Below are positions 26,634 to 34,840 of a stretch of DNA of 64,000 nucleotides, piece after piece (the first letter of the stretch is position 1; each line of letters opens with the position of its first letter). The position numbers were made by a program, and so were the translations under genes. The stretch is from contig OZ246958.1 of NCBI GenBank assembly GCA_965232115.1, positions 52,481 to 116,480 on the forward strand, in the 5' to 3' direction. Source of the stretch: Candidatus Poribacteria bacterium. GTDB lineage: Bacteria; Poribacteria; WGA-4E; WGA-3G. The notes below the pieces were generated by a model. It saw only the letters and a program-made list of their open reading frames with translations, was not told the DNA's origin and did no database searches.

Positions 26634-27416
26634 ATGGTTCGCTTCACAATCAGTTTAATCACTATAGGTCTCATGTTCGCGCACTTCGGCAACGCTGAAA
26701 TCGATCCGGGGACTATTGTCGGTGCGTGGTTGTTTGATGAAACAGGTGGGAAAGTCGCCAAAGATTCGTCTGACAATGAAAATGATGGCGACCTCGTCGG
26801 GGGTGCTAAATGGGCAAAGGGTAAATTTGGCAACGCTATTGAGCTCAACGGTAAAGACGCTTGGGTGACGGTTCCAGAGATTGGACCGCTTGATGACTTT
26901 ACACTCATGAAATGGTTTAATGCAACAGGACGCGTCGGACAATGGAGATGCTTCTTTAACCGGAACGGTTGGACAGCCGGATACGTCCATTACCAATTTC
27001 GTCCAGACAACAAGATGGAGATGGCAATTCACTCTAACAACCCTGTGCGCCATCCGGGTTGGGACGGTTCAGATTTCATAGCAGACAAGGGTATCTTGAA
27101 CACATGGATCCATCTTGCAGTTGCCTACAGCAGCAACGATGAATCGGTTCGCGTCTACTTTGATGGCGAACTCGATGTGGACGATAAATGGGGACCCTTG
27201 CCGGGAGAATTTGGACCCGGACGTATCGGTTCATGGGACGGTGGCGGCAGAGAATGGGAAGGACTGTTCGATGAAATGTTACTCTTTGATGTCGCACTGG
27301 AAGAAGATGACATTCTCTCACTCATGGAAAACGGATTAGAAGCTGCGCTTGCTGTTGAAGCGGCAGGTAAACTGGGAACGATTTGGGGAGCACTTAAGTC
27401 AGGACGGGCGAAATAG
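26634..27416 (+). CDS. Secreted LamG (concanavalin A-like lectin) domain protein
   Basis: Signal peptide. Motifs GAWLFDE...DSS.NENDG and LDE(M/V)..F. typical of LamG_3-type jelly rolls. AAAGGAGA RBS. C-terminal GKLGTIWGALK tail. Confidence 0.75.
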   Translation: MVRFTISLITIGLMFAHFGNAEIDPGTIVGAWLFDETGGKVAKDSSDNENDGDLVGGAKWAKGKFGNAIELNGKDAWVTVPEIGPLDDFTLMKWFNATGRVGQWRCFFNRNGWTAGYVHYQFRPDNKMEMAIHSNNPVRHPGWDGSDFIADKGILNTWIHLAVAYSSNDESVRVYFDGELDVDDKWGPLPGEFGPGRIGSWDGGGREWEGLFDEMLLFDVALEEDDILSLMENGLEAALAVEAAGKLGTIWGALKSGRAK

Positions 27417-27478
27417 GTAGGCATGAATTGGAGACTCGTGCGGTTAAATGAAGTTTAAGAAAATAAATCGGTAATGTC

Positions 27479-27606
27479 CGGTGCGGTTAGGAAACCGCAC
27501 CTACCAGGTTTGGGGTGAATTCGGATTACCGAATTAATAAATTAATCTTCATAAAACCGCACTTACCAGAGTAGAGAAGCCCGGCGAGGTTAGAAGGCCT
27601 CGCCGG
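27479..27606. repeat. Cluster of REP-like hairpins
   Basis: CGGTGCGGTTAGGAAACCGCACCTACCAGG (27479-27508), half-copy AAACCGCACTTACCAG (27554-27569), AATTCGG-atta-CCGAATT, and CCGGCGAGGttagaaggCCTCGCCGG (27581-27606). Confidence 0.7.
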
Positions 27607-27765
27607 TGCTAATGTCCAATTAATAGACCTTGTGCTGGTGGCGGATAGTTTCTAAGGCAGGGATAGACTCGTTTCATGAGATGCGTGAGTAAAACCCTCA
27701 CTTTTGACTTGCTCTTTCCCAAAGCGTCTGATACAATTGACCCAAATTTTAATGGGAGAATTACA

Positions 27766-28653
27766 ATGCGGAAGTTGATAATTGCTGTTGTTATATTGCT
27801 TTTTATCTTTGTCGTTGATGGGTATTCTAACACACTTTTGGTTGACGAACAAGGGGATATTTTTGCTGAGACGGATCGGTATCAGGTGCGGTTTAAAAAG
27901 GGTAGCGTCATACACTTGCACAACAAACTCACGCAAGAAACGTATACACGTCAAGGAATAGAGGCAATTCCAGATGGGGATCATCATTTCGCATTCAATA
28001 GTTACAGGATAGCATACGCGGATTCCCTTGTCGTTGAAAAGGTTGCACCGCTGACAGCGAAACTGATAGCTGTGTGGCAGGAGAGGCAGTATCAGAAGGT
28101 GCTTACCCTATGGGTGTCTATTGACACGTTCACTGGTGATTTAATCATCAAACAGGAGGGGTTTGATGTAAGCGGGGCTGCTACTATCGGATGGAGATTC
28201 GGGAATTTAGATCACAATCAGGTTTCTGTAATTGTGCCAGCGACCGGGGGATCACTTATTGATGCTAACGCGCCTGAACATTTGAGTTTCGATAGCCCGG
28301 GTATCTCGTGGCAAGCGCGACTCGCACTCCTACAGGGGCATGCCGGTGGTTGTTCCATTATGAGTGTGGATGAAACGTATCGGTTTGACAGATTCAATTA
28401 TACACGCTACCCGAACACCTTTGAAGTTGAATTTATAACAGAAAATGTTTTTCCTTCTGAAAATCATCTTGAGGATTATCAACACATTGTTTCTACAACG
28501 TGGCGGTTGAATACATACCGCGGCGATTGGCAGGTGCCTGCGGAAACGTATCGTCAAGGGATGATACAGCGAAATGCATCGCGTGTCACTCCTAAACCTG
28601 CGTGGGTTAAAGATATTCAACTCGTTATAACGTACACGACTTGTGCTAATTAA
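27766..28653 (+). CDS. Secreted hypothetical protein; the last 5 codons and the stop are supplied by the IS end
   Basis: Start at MRKLIIAVVILLF (GGGAGA RBS). No recognisable domain. The ORF runs into the IS left inverted repeat. Confidence 0.5.
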   Translation: MRKLIIAVVILLFIFVVDGYSNTLLVDEQGDIFAETDRYQVRFKKGSVIHLHNKLTQETYTRQGIEAIPDGDHHFAFNSYRIAYADSLVVEKVAPLTAKLIAVWQERQYQKVLTLWVSIDTFTGDLIIKQEGFDVSGAATIGWRFGNLDHNQVSVIVPATGGSLIDANAPEHLSFDSPGISWQARLALLQGHAGGCSIMSVDETYRFDRFNYTRYPNTFEVEFITENVFPSENHLEDYQHIVSTTWRLNTYRGDWQVPAETYRQGMIQRNASRVTPKPAWVKDIQLVITYTTCAN

Positions 28654-29734
28654 TTGCTGCGTTATAGATTTGTGTTCATGCGAGAATAAGGTCTTTGAGT
28701 TTCATAAGGGGTCGTCCCAAACACTGATTCAAGAAAGCCCCAAGGAGACAAGCTCCCACCTTATTGCTCATACGTGTCTGAAGTCCCCAATGTCCACGCG
28801 CACGCAGCCGCGAAATACCAAACTGACTTGTGAGTTGACTGATCGTCGTCTCAATGCGTCTGCGCAACCGCACTTGAAGCTGCCGAAAGGTTTCGGGATA
28901 TTGCGTTTTCTGATTGCGTCGCAGCGTCGGGAGTAAACATGTCTCTTGAGTCTCTAATAACTCATCTTGAAGGTCTTGGGAAACATAGCCTTTGTCTGCG
29001 AGCAAAATCGGATATTGCCCCCTCTCAGAGAGCACGGGCAGGACTTCTCGGTCATCTATGTTCGCAGATGCAATCGCAACGTCAACAGGGAGACCATCTG
29101 CTGTGGTAATCAGATGTCCGCGAAACCCAAAGAACTTTCCGAGGCTTTTCGAGGCACACATGCCATAAGTTGCGATTGTTCCTGTGGCATCTGCCCACTT
29201 GAAATCAGACTTTGAAGTCTCAGCACGTTTGAAGTCACAGACCGGGATTGGAAACGAATCCACGATAAAGACATCCGTCTTGGGAAAGTAGTCTCGGAGC
29301 GTCTCTCGAAGGACTTCGCTCCTCGCAAGCAGGTTTCTTCGTCGGCGATTGAACCAAGAGCGTTCAGGTAAAGATGGAAAAAGTGTTTTCAACTCGACTT
29401 TCAAACGCTCATACCCGGAATGTTCAGTGTCGGCACCGATATATTCAAGGAGCCATGCGAGCGTGAGAATGTCGCTGTCTGGACGCTTGGGCATCGGTCC
29501 GGGTCTGCGTGCTTCGGCATTTGGAAAATGTGCTTCATAGAGGGTTTTCATGATCTTCTGAACCACGCCTGCGAGGTTGATGAGCGTGCGCGGGAGAGTT
29601 TTCAGTTGCAAAGCATAGGTTTCTAAGGTAGACTGTAGTTCCATCCTTATGCATCCTTTGGAGTGTTGATTGACTCATAAGGATAGCATAAGGATGGAAT
29701 CCTTCAAACTTCAAAACTAATTAGCACAAGGCGT
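28636..29734 (-). mobile_element. IS982-family insertion sequence (~1.1 kb)
   Basis: Terminal inverted repeats ACGACTTGTGCTAATTA (28636-28652) and TAATTAGCACAAGGCGT (29718-29734), 16/17 complementary, enclosing a single DDE transposase gene. Confidence 0.8.
28676..29644 (-). CDS. IS982-family DDE transposase
   Basis: 322 aa. Motifs DSFPIPVC, YGMCASK..FFGFRGHL and LLADKGYVS....L are characteristic of IS982 transposases. Confidence 0.8.
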   Translation of the reverse strand: MELQSTLETYALQLKTLPRTLINLAGVVQKIMKTLYEAHFPNAEARRPGPMPKRPDSDILTLAWLLEYIGADTEHSGYERLKVELKTLFPSLPERSWFNRRRRNLLARSEVLRETLRDYFPKTDVFIVDSFPIPVCDFKRAETSKSDFKWADATGTIATYGMCASKSLGKFFGFRGHLITTADGLPVDVAIASANIDDREVLPVLSERGQYPILLADKGYVSQDLQDELLETQETCLLPTLRRNQKTQYPETFRQLQVRLRRRIETTISQLTSQFGISRLRARGHWGLQTRMSNKVGACLLGAFLNQCLGRPLMKLKDLILA

Positions 29735-29915
29735 TAAAGACAAAATTTTTTTGCGATTTCGTGCATAAAATGCATAAAACGTCATAAAAAATGAAAATAG
29801 CGGGCATATACTAAACAAATGTCTACATATTTTCGGGCTTTACTATAACCCTTACTAAACTTGGGACAATTTTTCAGCGTTTGTTTTAGAGATGCAGTCT
29901 CCCCTTTCAGGGTAC

Positions 29916-29985
29916 ATAGCACTCCGCTGGAGTGCAGGAGGATAGATACACCGTTTTCTATAGATATAGCACTCCGCTGGAGTGC
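29916..29985. repeat. Two identical 20-nt palindromic units ATAGCACTCCGCTGGAGTGC spaced 50 nt apart
   Basis: Copies at 29916-29935 and 29966-29985. Each forms GCACTCC-GCT-GGAGTGC. The second is followed by GTATTTTTCT, which is terminator-like on the plus strand. Confidence 0.7.
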
Positions 29986-30480
29986 TGTATTTTTCTCGGA
30001 GTTCTGTGAGTGCCTGAAACCCACGGGAAAATACAACCCTTTGAAAATTCAACTTGCCCACAACACAAATTGTCTAAACTTTAGTATAACATGAGTTTGA
30101 TAATCAAACGTTGGTTCGAGAATAAAATACAAATATGGACGCAGGTTGGGTTAAGTGGTAAAACCACAAACTCATTTTCGCTATACACAGCGTTTCGTTC
30201 TTCAATGAACCACTCGGGTAGATAGGTGTAGCGAAACTCAACATTCCAAACGGTGTGGGTATCATAGTGTGTTGGGTCTCACTGGGTTTTTGGCGATTTC
30301 AGGTTTCTCTGTTCCCTTGAAAACGCTGTGCTGTGTGCGATTTTTAGGAGGTCTGTGTTCAATCTAAGGGAAACCCCCAAGCAAAAACACCTACAGGACG
30401 CTTCAATTTTTATTTTCAAACTCACGTTACCTACATATTTTCATAACTCACTATAATTTCCGAAAAAAGATAGGTTTCAA

Positions 30481-30514
30481 CAAAATATACGGACGGATGC
30501 AAGAATCCGTCCGT
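30481..30514 (-). terminator. Intrinsic terminator downstream of the 861-aa gene
   Basis: 10-bp stem ACGGACGGAT-(6 nt)-ATCCGTCCGT followed on the minus strand by ATATTTTG. Confidence 0.6.
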
Positions 30515-30559
30515 ATCTGATTTTCATGCTATAATTGAGACCGAAGTGCACGGATACGC

Positions 30560-33145
30560 TTAGTGGATAATCTTCACCTTAAGAACGGGACTATCCTGTA
30601 TAAAAGCTTTGTCGTTAATCGTTGCAGTACCCCGGAACTTGAACTCGTAAGTATCCGCCTTCAGAGAGCTAAGTGCCTTTAGCGGAACCTTGACCTCGGT
30701 TTCGTCCGCTGGAATGGTCGCCGCTTCCGTCGTGAAGCCTTCTGGCACATTAATGGGTGTCAGCGTGAGTTCGTCTGTAAATCCACCCTGTCGGACTATT
30801 GCTAACGTCAATATCGCTTCCTTTGTAAGCGGCACTTCACTTTCGGTTGCTTCGGTATCTGCTGTCAGGTTTGCTGCGATGACTGCAGCTCCACCATCTT
30901 GCCCCGTTGCTGTTTCATCTTTCGCCTTTGCTGGGAAGACAATACTAAAGCGCAACGGATCAACCGTTACAATGAAGGGTGCCTCCACAATAGTCAAAGG
31001 AATCGCAGGTGTTGACTGTTTCACCGTCTCACCATTGACAGTCGCTGTTCCAGTAACCGAAATGTAATTCGTGCCGGGTATAGGTAAGACAGAAAACTCT
31101 TCTCTCCGCTCGAAAGTACCTGCTTTCACTGTAAGCGTTGCCTCAGTCTCACCTTCAGCAAGCGTAACAGGTTTCTTGGAAACGGGATCAGGCAGTGCAG
31201 AAACGCGATTTGGGAGTCCCGATACCGATAGTGCAATGGGACCGACGAAGTCGTCGCGTCGGTTCGCCGTCACGTGGAGGTCAGCCGTTTTGTTGTGGAT
31301 GGCACTTAAACCGATCTCTGCGAGTGTCAGCGTGAATTCAGGAGCGTCCATCACGGTGAGCAGGATTGGAGAGGGAGTCGCAACACGTTCTATTTGGCGA
31401 TTACCCACGGCATAAACGCCAACGATGGAGATCTGCATCAGCCCAAGAGAGGCATCCCAGGGAGCCGTTATCGTGAGCATTGCTCTGTTTTGACCCGTTC
31501 CAATAATAGTGGGACTCACATCATAAGTTTTCGGCAGATCTGGACAAAGCAGACGGATTGGACCCGTGAATTGGTCAAGGCGAACAACGTCAACCTGCAT
31601 TGTGACACTACTCCCTCTATTGACCCGCGGATTATCCATAGGAGAAGGAATGTTCCGATTGTCAAGTACAACTACTTTGAGTTCACAGTCGGGTTCCAGT
31701 GGACGAATGTGCAAGCGATAGGGGTAGGTCTCACCACCTTGATTATTCAGGTCTCGAATGGCAACAGAATATTCTCCCGGTTCTTCAAAATTCCAGTCGA
31801 TACGGGCATCGGCACCAGTAGTGGCATCATCGTTTACCATTAAGACCTGTTCTTTATCGGCGCTCCATGCCATATCTTCCGAAACTCCCATCGGTTTTCC
31901 GGGTCCGTAGAGTGTAAGCAGCGCATCAAGCTTTGATGAAAGTTTCAATGCCTCTACCTCAAAAACGAGGCGTTGCGGTTCTGCAATCTGAAATGAAAAC
32001 CAATCAACATCGCCAGATTTGTCAATTTTTCCATTCAGCGTTATTGGGGTCGTAACAGCAGGCGCATTTCCGAGTGAATTATTCGGTTCAACCTCCACCA
32101 TTTCCGTCCAATTCCCGATAGCAAAGGGTCGGGCGTTAGTTGCCAATCCAGAGGGAGTCTGAACCCGCAAAGACTGTTCGCCTGCCGGCGTCTCAGCACC
32201 TATTGAGATCTGTATAGACTCGACCATTTCAAGATTCGCGCCCGTGACGGCGATCGCATTCTCAGTGCCGCGGCGTCCACCGAGCGGGAAAATTGTTTCC
32301 AGATACGGTAACTCACCGATGCTCAGTCGGTAGCCATACCCCTTTCCACCTTTGTAACGAATATCCCGAATGTGGAGCGTGTACTTCCCTGTTTCAAGGA
32401 CAGTATAATCCAAGACAGAGTCTAAGCCGTCGCCAAGTCCACTGTCAGCGACCTTAGTCCCATTAGCATCTCGAAGTACGAGGTATGAATCCAAGAGTGA
32501 ACCTATCCGCTGTGCCGTTACCTCACAGATCAGCCGCGTCCCCTTTTTCACTTCAAAGGTAAAACTATCTTCATCGTCAATTGACGCGATTGTGCCGTTT
32601 ACAGTGACCGGCAGCGCGATCCAGTTGGTCTCCGTCGTAGGAGAGGCTTCTGGGGAAACACCCAAGGAAAAACTCCCCGATTCCTCTTCAACGATTTCCC
32701 GTAGGTTTCCAACGACGAAACTGCCGGCGTTAGAGACACCATAAGGCGTAACGACGCGTATCTGTTGTATGCCCAACGGGGCATCGGAGGAAATTATCAA
32801 GGATGCTACCAACTGCGCATCGGTAGGCACACGTCCAGAAACACCAGCACCATTGAAAAGGACAGCAGCCTGTCCTGTTTTCTCTTTAATCTCCGCAGTG
32901 ATACCGTTACCACTAAACCACACCGCTGTTGCTTTACCGAGATTTGTGCCTGTGATCGTGACTTCTACGCTGCGTCCCTGTTGACCGCCCTGCGGGAAGA
33001 CACCCGTTAAGGTCGGTTGTACTTGCGCATAAGCGATGCTAATCGTTAGGAGGAAGACCGATAGGACGAGAAAAGACCGTTTCGTTAGGAGAGGAGAAAG
33101 CGGCGATTTAACCCGTCTCTTCTGCCGAAATAACATGTTAGACAT
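30560..33145 (-). CDS. Large secreted protein with pre-peptidase C-terminal (PPC)-like and Ig-like beta-sandwich domains
   Basis: Signal peptide. Repeated ...G.I....D.D.F.F...-type segments (DDEDSFTFEV, GDVDWFSFQI). Third gene of the DUF1549/DUF1501 operon. Confidence 0.55.
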   Translation of the reverse strand: MSNMLFRQKRRVKSPLSPLLTKRSFLVLSVFLLTISIAYAQVQPTLTGVFPQGGQQGRSVEVTITGTNLGKATAVWFSGNGITAEIKEKTGQAAVLFNGAGVSGRVPTDAQLVASLIISSDAPLGIQQIRVVTPYGVSNAGSFVVGNLREIVEEESGSFSLGVSPEASPTTETNWIALPVTVNGTIASIDDEDSFTFEVKKGTRLICEVTAQRIGSLLDSYLVLRDANGTKVADSGLGDGLDSVLDYTVLETGKYTLHIRDIRYKGGKGYGYRLSIGELPYLETIFPLGGRRGTENAIAVTGANLEMVESIQISIGAETPAGEQSLRVQTPSGLATNARPFAIGNWTEMVEVEPNNSLGNAPAVTTPITLNGKIDKSGDVDWFSFQIAEPQRLVFEVEALKLSSKLDALLTLYGPGKPMGVSEDMAWSADKEQVLMVNDDATTGADARIDWNFEEPGEYSVAIRDLNNQGGETYPYRLHIRPLEPDCELKVVVLDNRNIPSPMDNPRVNRGSSVTMQVDVVRLDQFTGPIRLLCPDLPKTYDVSPTIIGTGQNRAMLTITAPWDASLGLMQISIVGVYAVGNRQIERVATPSPILLTVMDAPEFTLTLAEIGLSAIHNKTADLHVTANRRDDFVGPIALSVSGLPNRVSALPDPVSKKPVTLAEGETEATLTVKAGTFERREEFSVLPIPGTNYISVTGTATVNGETVKQSTPAIPLTIVEAPFIVTVDPLRFSIVFPAKAKDETATGQDGGAAVIAANLTADTEATESEVPLTKEAILTLAIVRQGGFTDELTLTPINVPEGFTTEAATIPADETEVKVPLKALSSLKADTYEFKFRGTATINDKAFIQDSPVLKVKIIH

Positions 33146-33165
33146 TGTTAATCACCTTAAATTAA

Positions 33166-33302
33166 AGTTGTCAGTTATCAGTAGTCAGCCAAGAACCGAT
33201 TTGTAACAATCTTCTCTAACTTGGAATATCCCCAAGATAGATGAATTTTTACACGGAAACTTCTTAACTGACAACCGATAACTGACAACCGACAACTATT
33301 TA
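33166..33302. repeat. Heptad-repeat inverted arms flanking a ~75-nt spacer
   Basis: Left arm agttgtc/agttatc/agtagtc/agccaag. Right arm ctgacaa/ccgataa/ctgacaa/ccgacaa/ctattta. GTTGTCAGTTATC and GATAACTGACAAC are exact complements. Confidence 0.8.
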
Positions 33303-34745
33303 GAATATCCCCGCAATTGGTTCGCCTTTTACCAACTCGCGTGGCTGATCCAAATGGTTATAGACGATAGTGTGCGGGTCGATACCGAGTGTATGATAGA
33401 CTGTGGCAAGGATGTCGCGTGGATGTACAGGATTTTCAAGCGGTGTTGAACCCGTTGCATCGGATTTCCCGTAAACCTGTCCACCTTGGACCCCTGCGCC
33501 AGCGATCAAGCCTGTGTAGCAATAGGGCCAGTGGTCGCGTCCATCAGGTGCATTGCTATTACCGGAGGTGCTAATCCCCATCCGCGGCGAACGTCCGAAT
33601 TCACCAATCGCTAAGACAAGCGTGTCGTCCAACATACCGCGTTGATGTAGGTCTTCCAGCAGTGAAGACACTGCGCTGTCCAATTTCGGACAGTGAAGGT
33701 TCTTCAATGGACCGAAGTTGGTTGCGTGCGTATCCCAGGCTGTCGTATTCGGATCACCGTTAGCAACAGAGGGCCAGTTCACCTGTACGAAACGGGTGCC
33801 TGCCTCCACCAAACGACGCGCAAGGAGTGCGCTCTGCCCGAATGTGTGTCTACCGTACTTATCTCGCACCTCATCGGGTTCTTGAGATAGGTCGAAAGCA
33901 TTGCGTGCCCGCTGCGACAAGATGAGGTTGTACGCCTTCTCATAATATTCATTCAAAGCGTAGGAATCAGCAACCTTATCAATTTCGGGCATCCCTGCGT
34001 TAATCGTCTCAAGGAGGTCTTTCCGGCGTTTCAGACGTACAGGTGGCACCTCTGGCCGTAGACTCAAATCGTCGAGATTAATTTCCTCATTCGGGTCTTG
34101 GAACAGGAAATATGGATCATACGCCCTACCGAGGAATCCAGCGTTTCCACCTTTGCCGATGATATTACTCTCCTGCATCGGACGCGGGAGTTGGACTGCC
34201 GCGAGCATCGGTTCATCGGGTGGACGGTAATTAGCGATATGCGATGCAGCATTAGGATGGTCGGCTGGCGACGGTGGATCGAGCTGCCCTGAAGGCGCGA
34301 CTTTATCCGGCGTTTCACCGGTTACCATCTGATACATCGCAGCGGTGTGGTTGAAAAGTCCCGCGGGTGTGTAACTCACGGAACGGATCAGACAAGCCTT
34401 ATCCATCTGCTGCGCCAAACGCGGCATTGTCTCTGACAACTGAATCCCCGGGACATTGGTCGGAATCGGATTGAATTCACCGCGAATGTTCGAGGGTGCT
34501 TCGGGTTTTGGATCCCAGATGTCAAGGTGGCTGGGACCGCCTTGCAAAAAGAGAAGAATCACCGAGTTTGCTTTCCCCCACCCGTTGAGCGGCTTAGCGG
34601 GATCGACTGTCGTATTGGCTTTTGCTTGGAGTGACAATACCTGTGGCAGACTAATGCCGAGCATCGCCGCACCACCGACCCGCAAAAATTCACGCCGTGA
34701 AAACCCGTCACATAAGCGTCCGGGTAGTTGTGGTAACGATAACAT
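33300..34745 (-). CDS. DUF1501 family (sulfatase-fold) protein with a Tat signal
   Basis: Motifs SRREFLRVGGAAMLG, GGPSHLDIWDPKP and GEFGRSP....GRDHW are typical of DUF1501. Confidence 0.85.
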   Translation of the reverse strand: MLSLPQLPGRLCDGFSRREFLRVGGAAMLGISLPQVLSLQAKANTTVDPAKPLNGWGKANSVILLFLQGGPSHLDIWDPKPEAPSNIRGEFNPIPTNVPGIQLSETMPRLAQQMDKACLIRSVSYTPAGLFNHTAAMYQMVTGETPDKVAPSGQLDPPSPADHPNAASHIANYRPPDEPMLAAVQLPRPMQESNIIGKGGNAGFLGRAYDPYFLFQDPNEEINLDDLSLRPEVPPVRLKRRKDLLETINAGMPEIDKVADSYALNEYYEKAYNLILSQRARNAFDLSQEPDEVRDKYGRHTFGQSALLARRLVEAGTRFVQVNWPSVANGDPNTTAWDTHATNFGPLKNLHCPKLDSAVSSLLEDLHQRGMLDDTLVLAIGEFGRSPRMGISTSGNSNAPDGRDHWPYCYTGLIAGAGVQGGQVYGKSDATGSTPLENPVHPRDILATVYHTLGIDPHTIVYNHLDQPRELVKGEPIAGIF

Positions 34746-34766
34746 CTATTGTTTCCTCCGTTTAAT

Positions 34767-34840
34767 GGCTATCAGCAATCAGCGGTCAGCGGTCAGCCAA
34801 TCTTCCGGCTGACAGCCAACGGCTAACGGCTATGGCTATT
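34767..34840. repeat. Heptad-repeat inverted arms
   Basis: Left arm ggctatc/agcaatc/agcggtc/agcggtc/agccaat. Right arm ggctgac/agccaac/ggctaac/ggctatg. Confidence 0.8.

Noticed and set aside
27766-28653. Severe truncation or pseudogenisation of the secreted-protein gene by the IS982 element
   Set aside because: Removing the element at its inverted-repeat boundaries places a TAA directly after ...VITY. The insertion therefore appears to have hit the stop codon rather than the body of the gene. This cannot be proven without an uninterrupted homologue.
29740-30480. Small ORFs (29782-30036, 29855-30061, 29861-30094) and a possible tRNA or CRISPR in the long non-coding stretch
   Set aside because: The ORFs overlap each other on both strands and have no RBS or domain. 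No cloverleaf-compatible sequence (no GTTCGAATC-type T-arm) was seen, and no regularly spaced direct repeats beyond the two palindromes.
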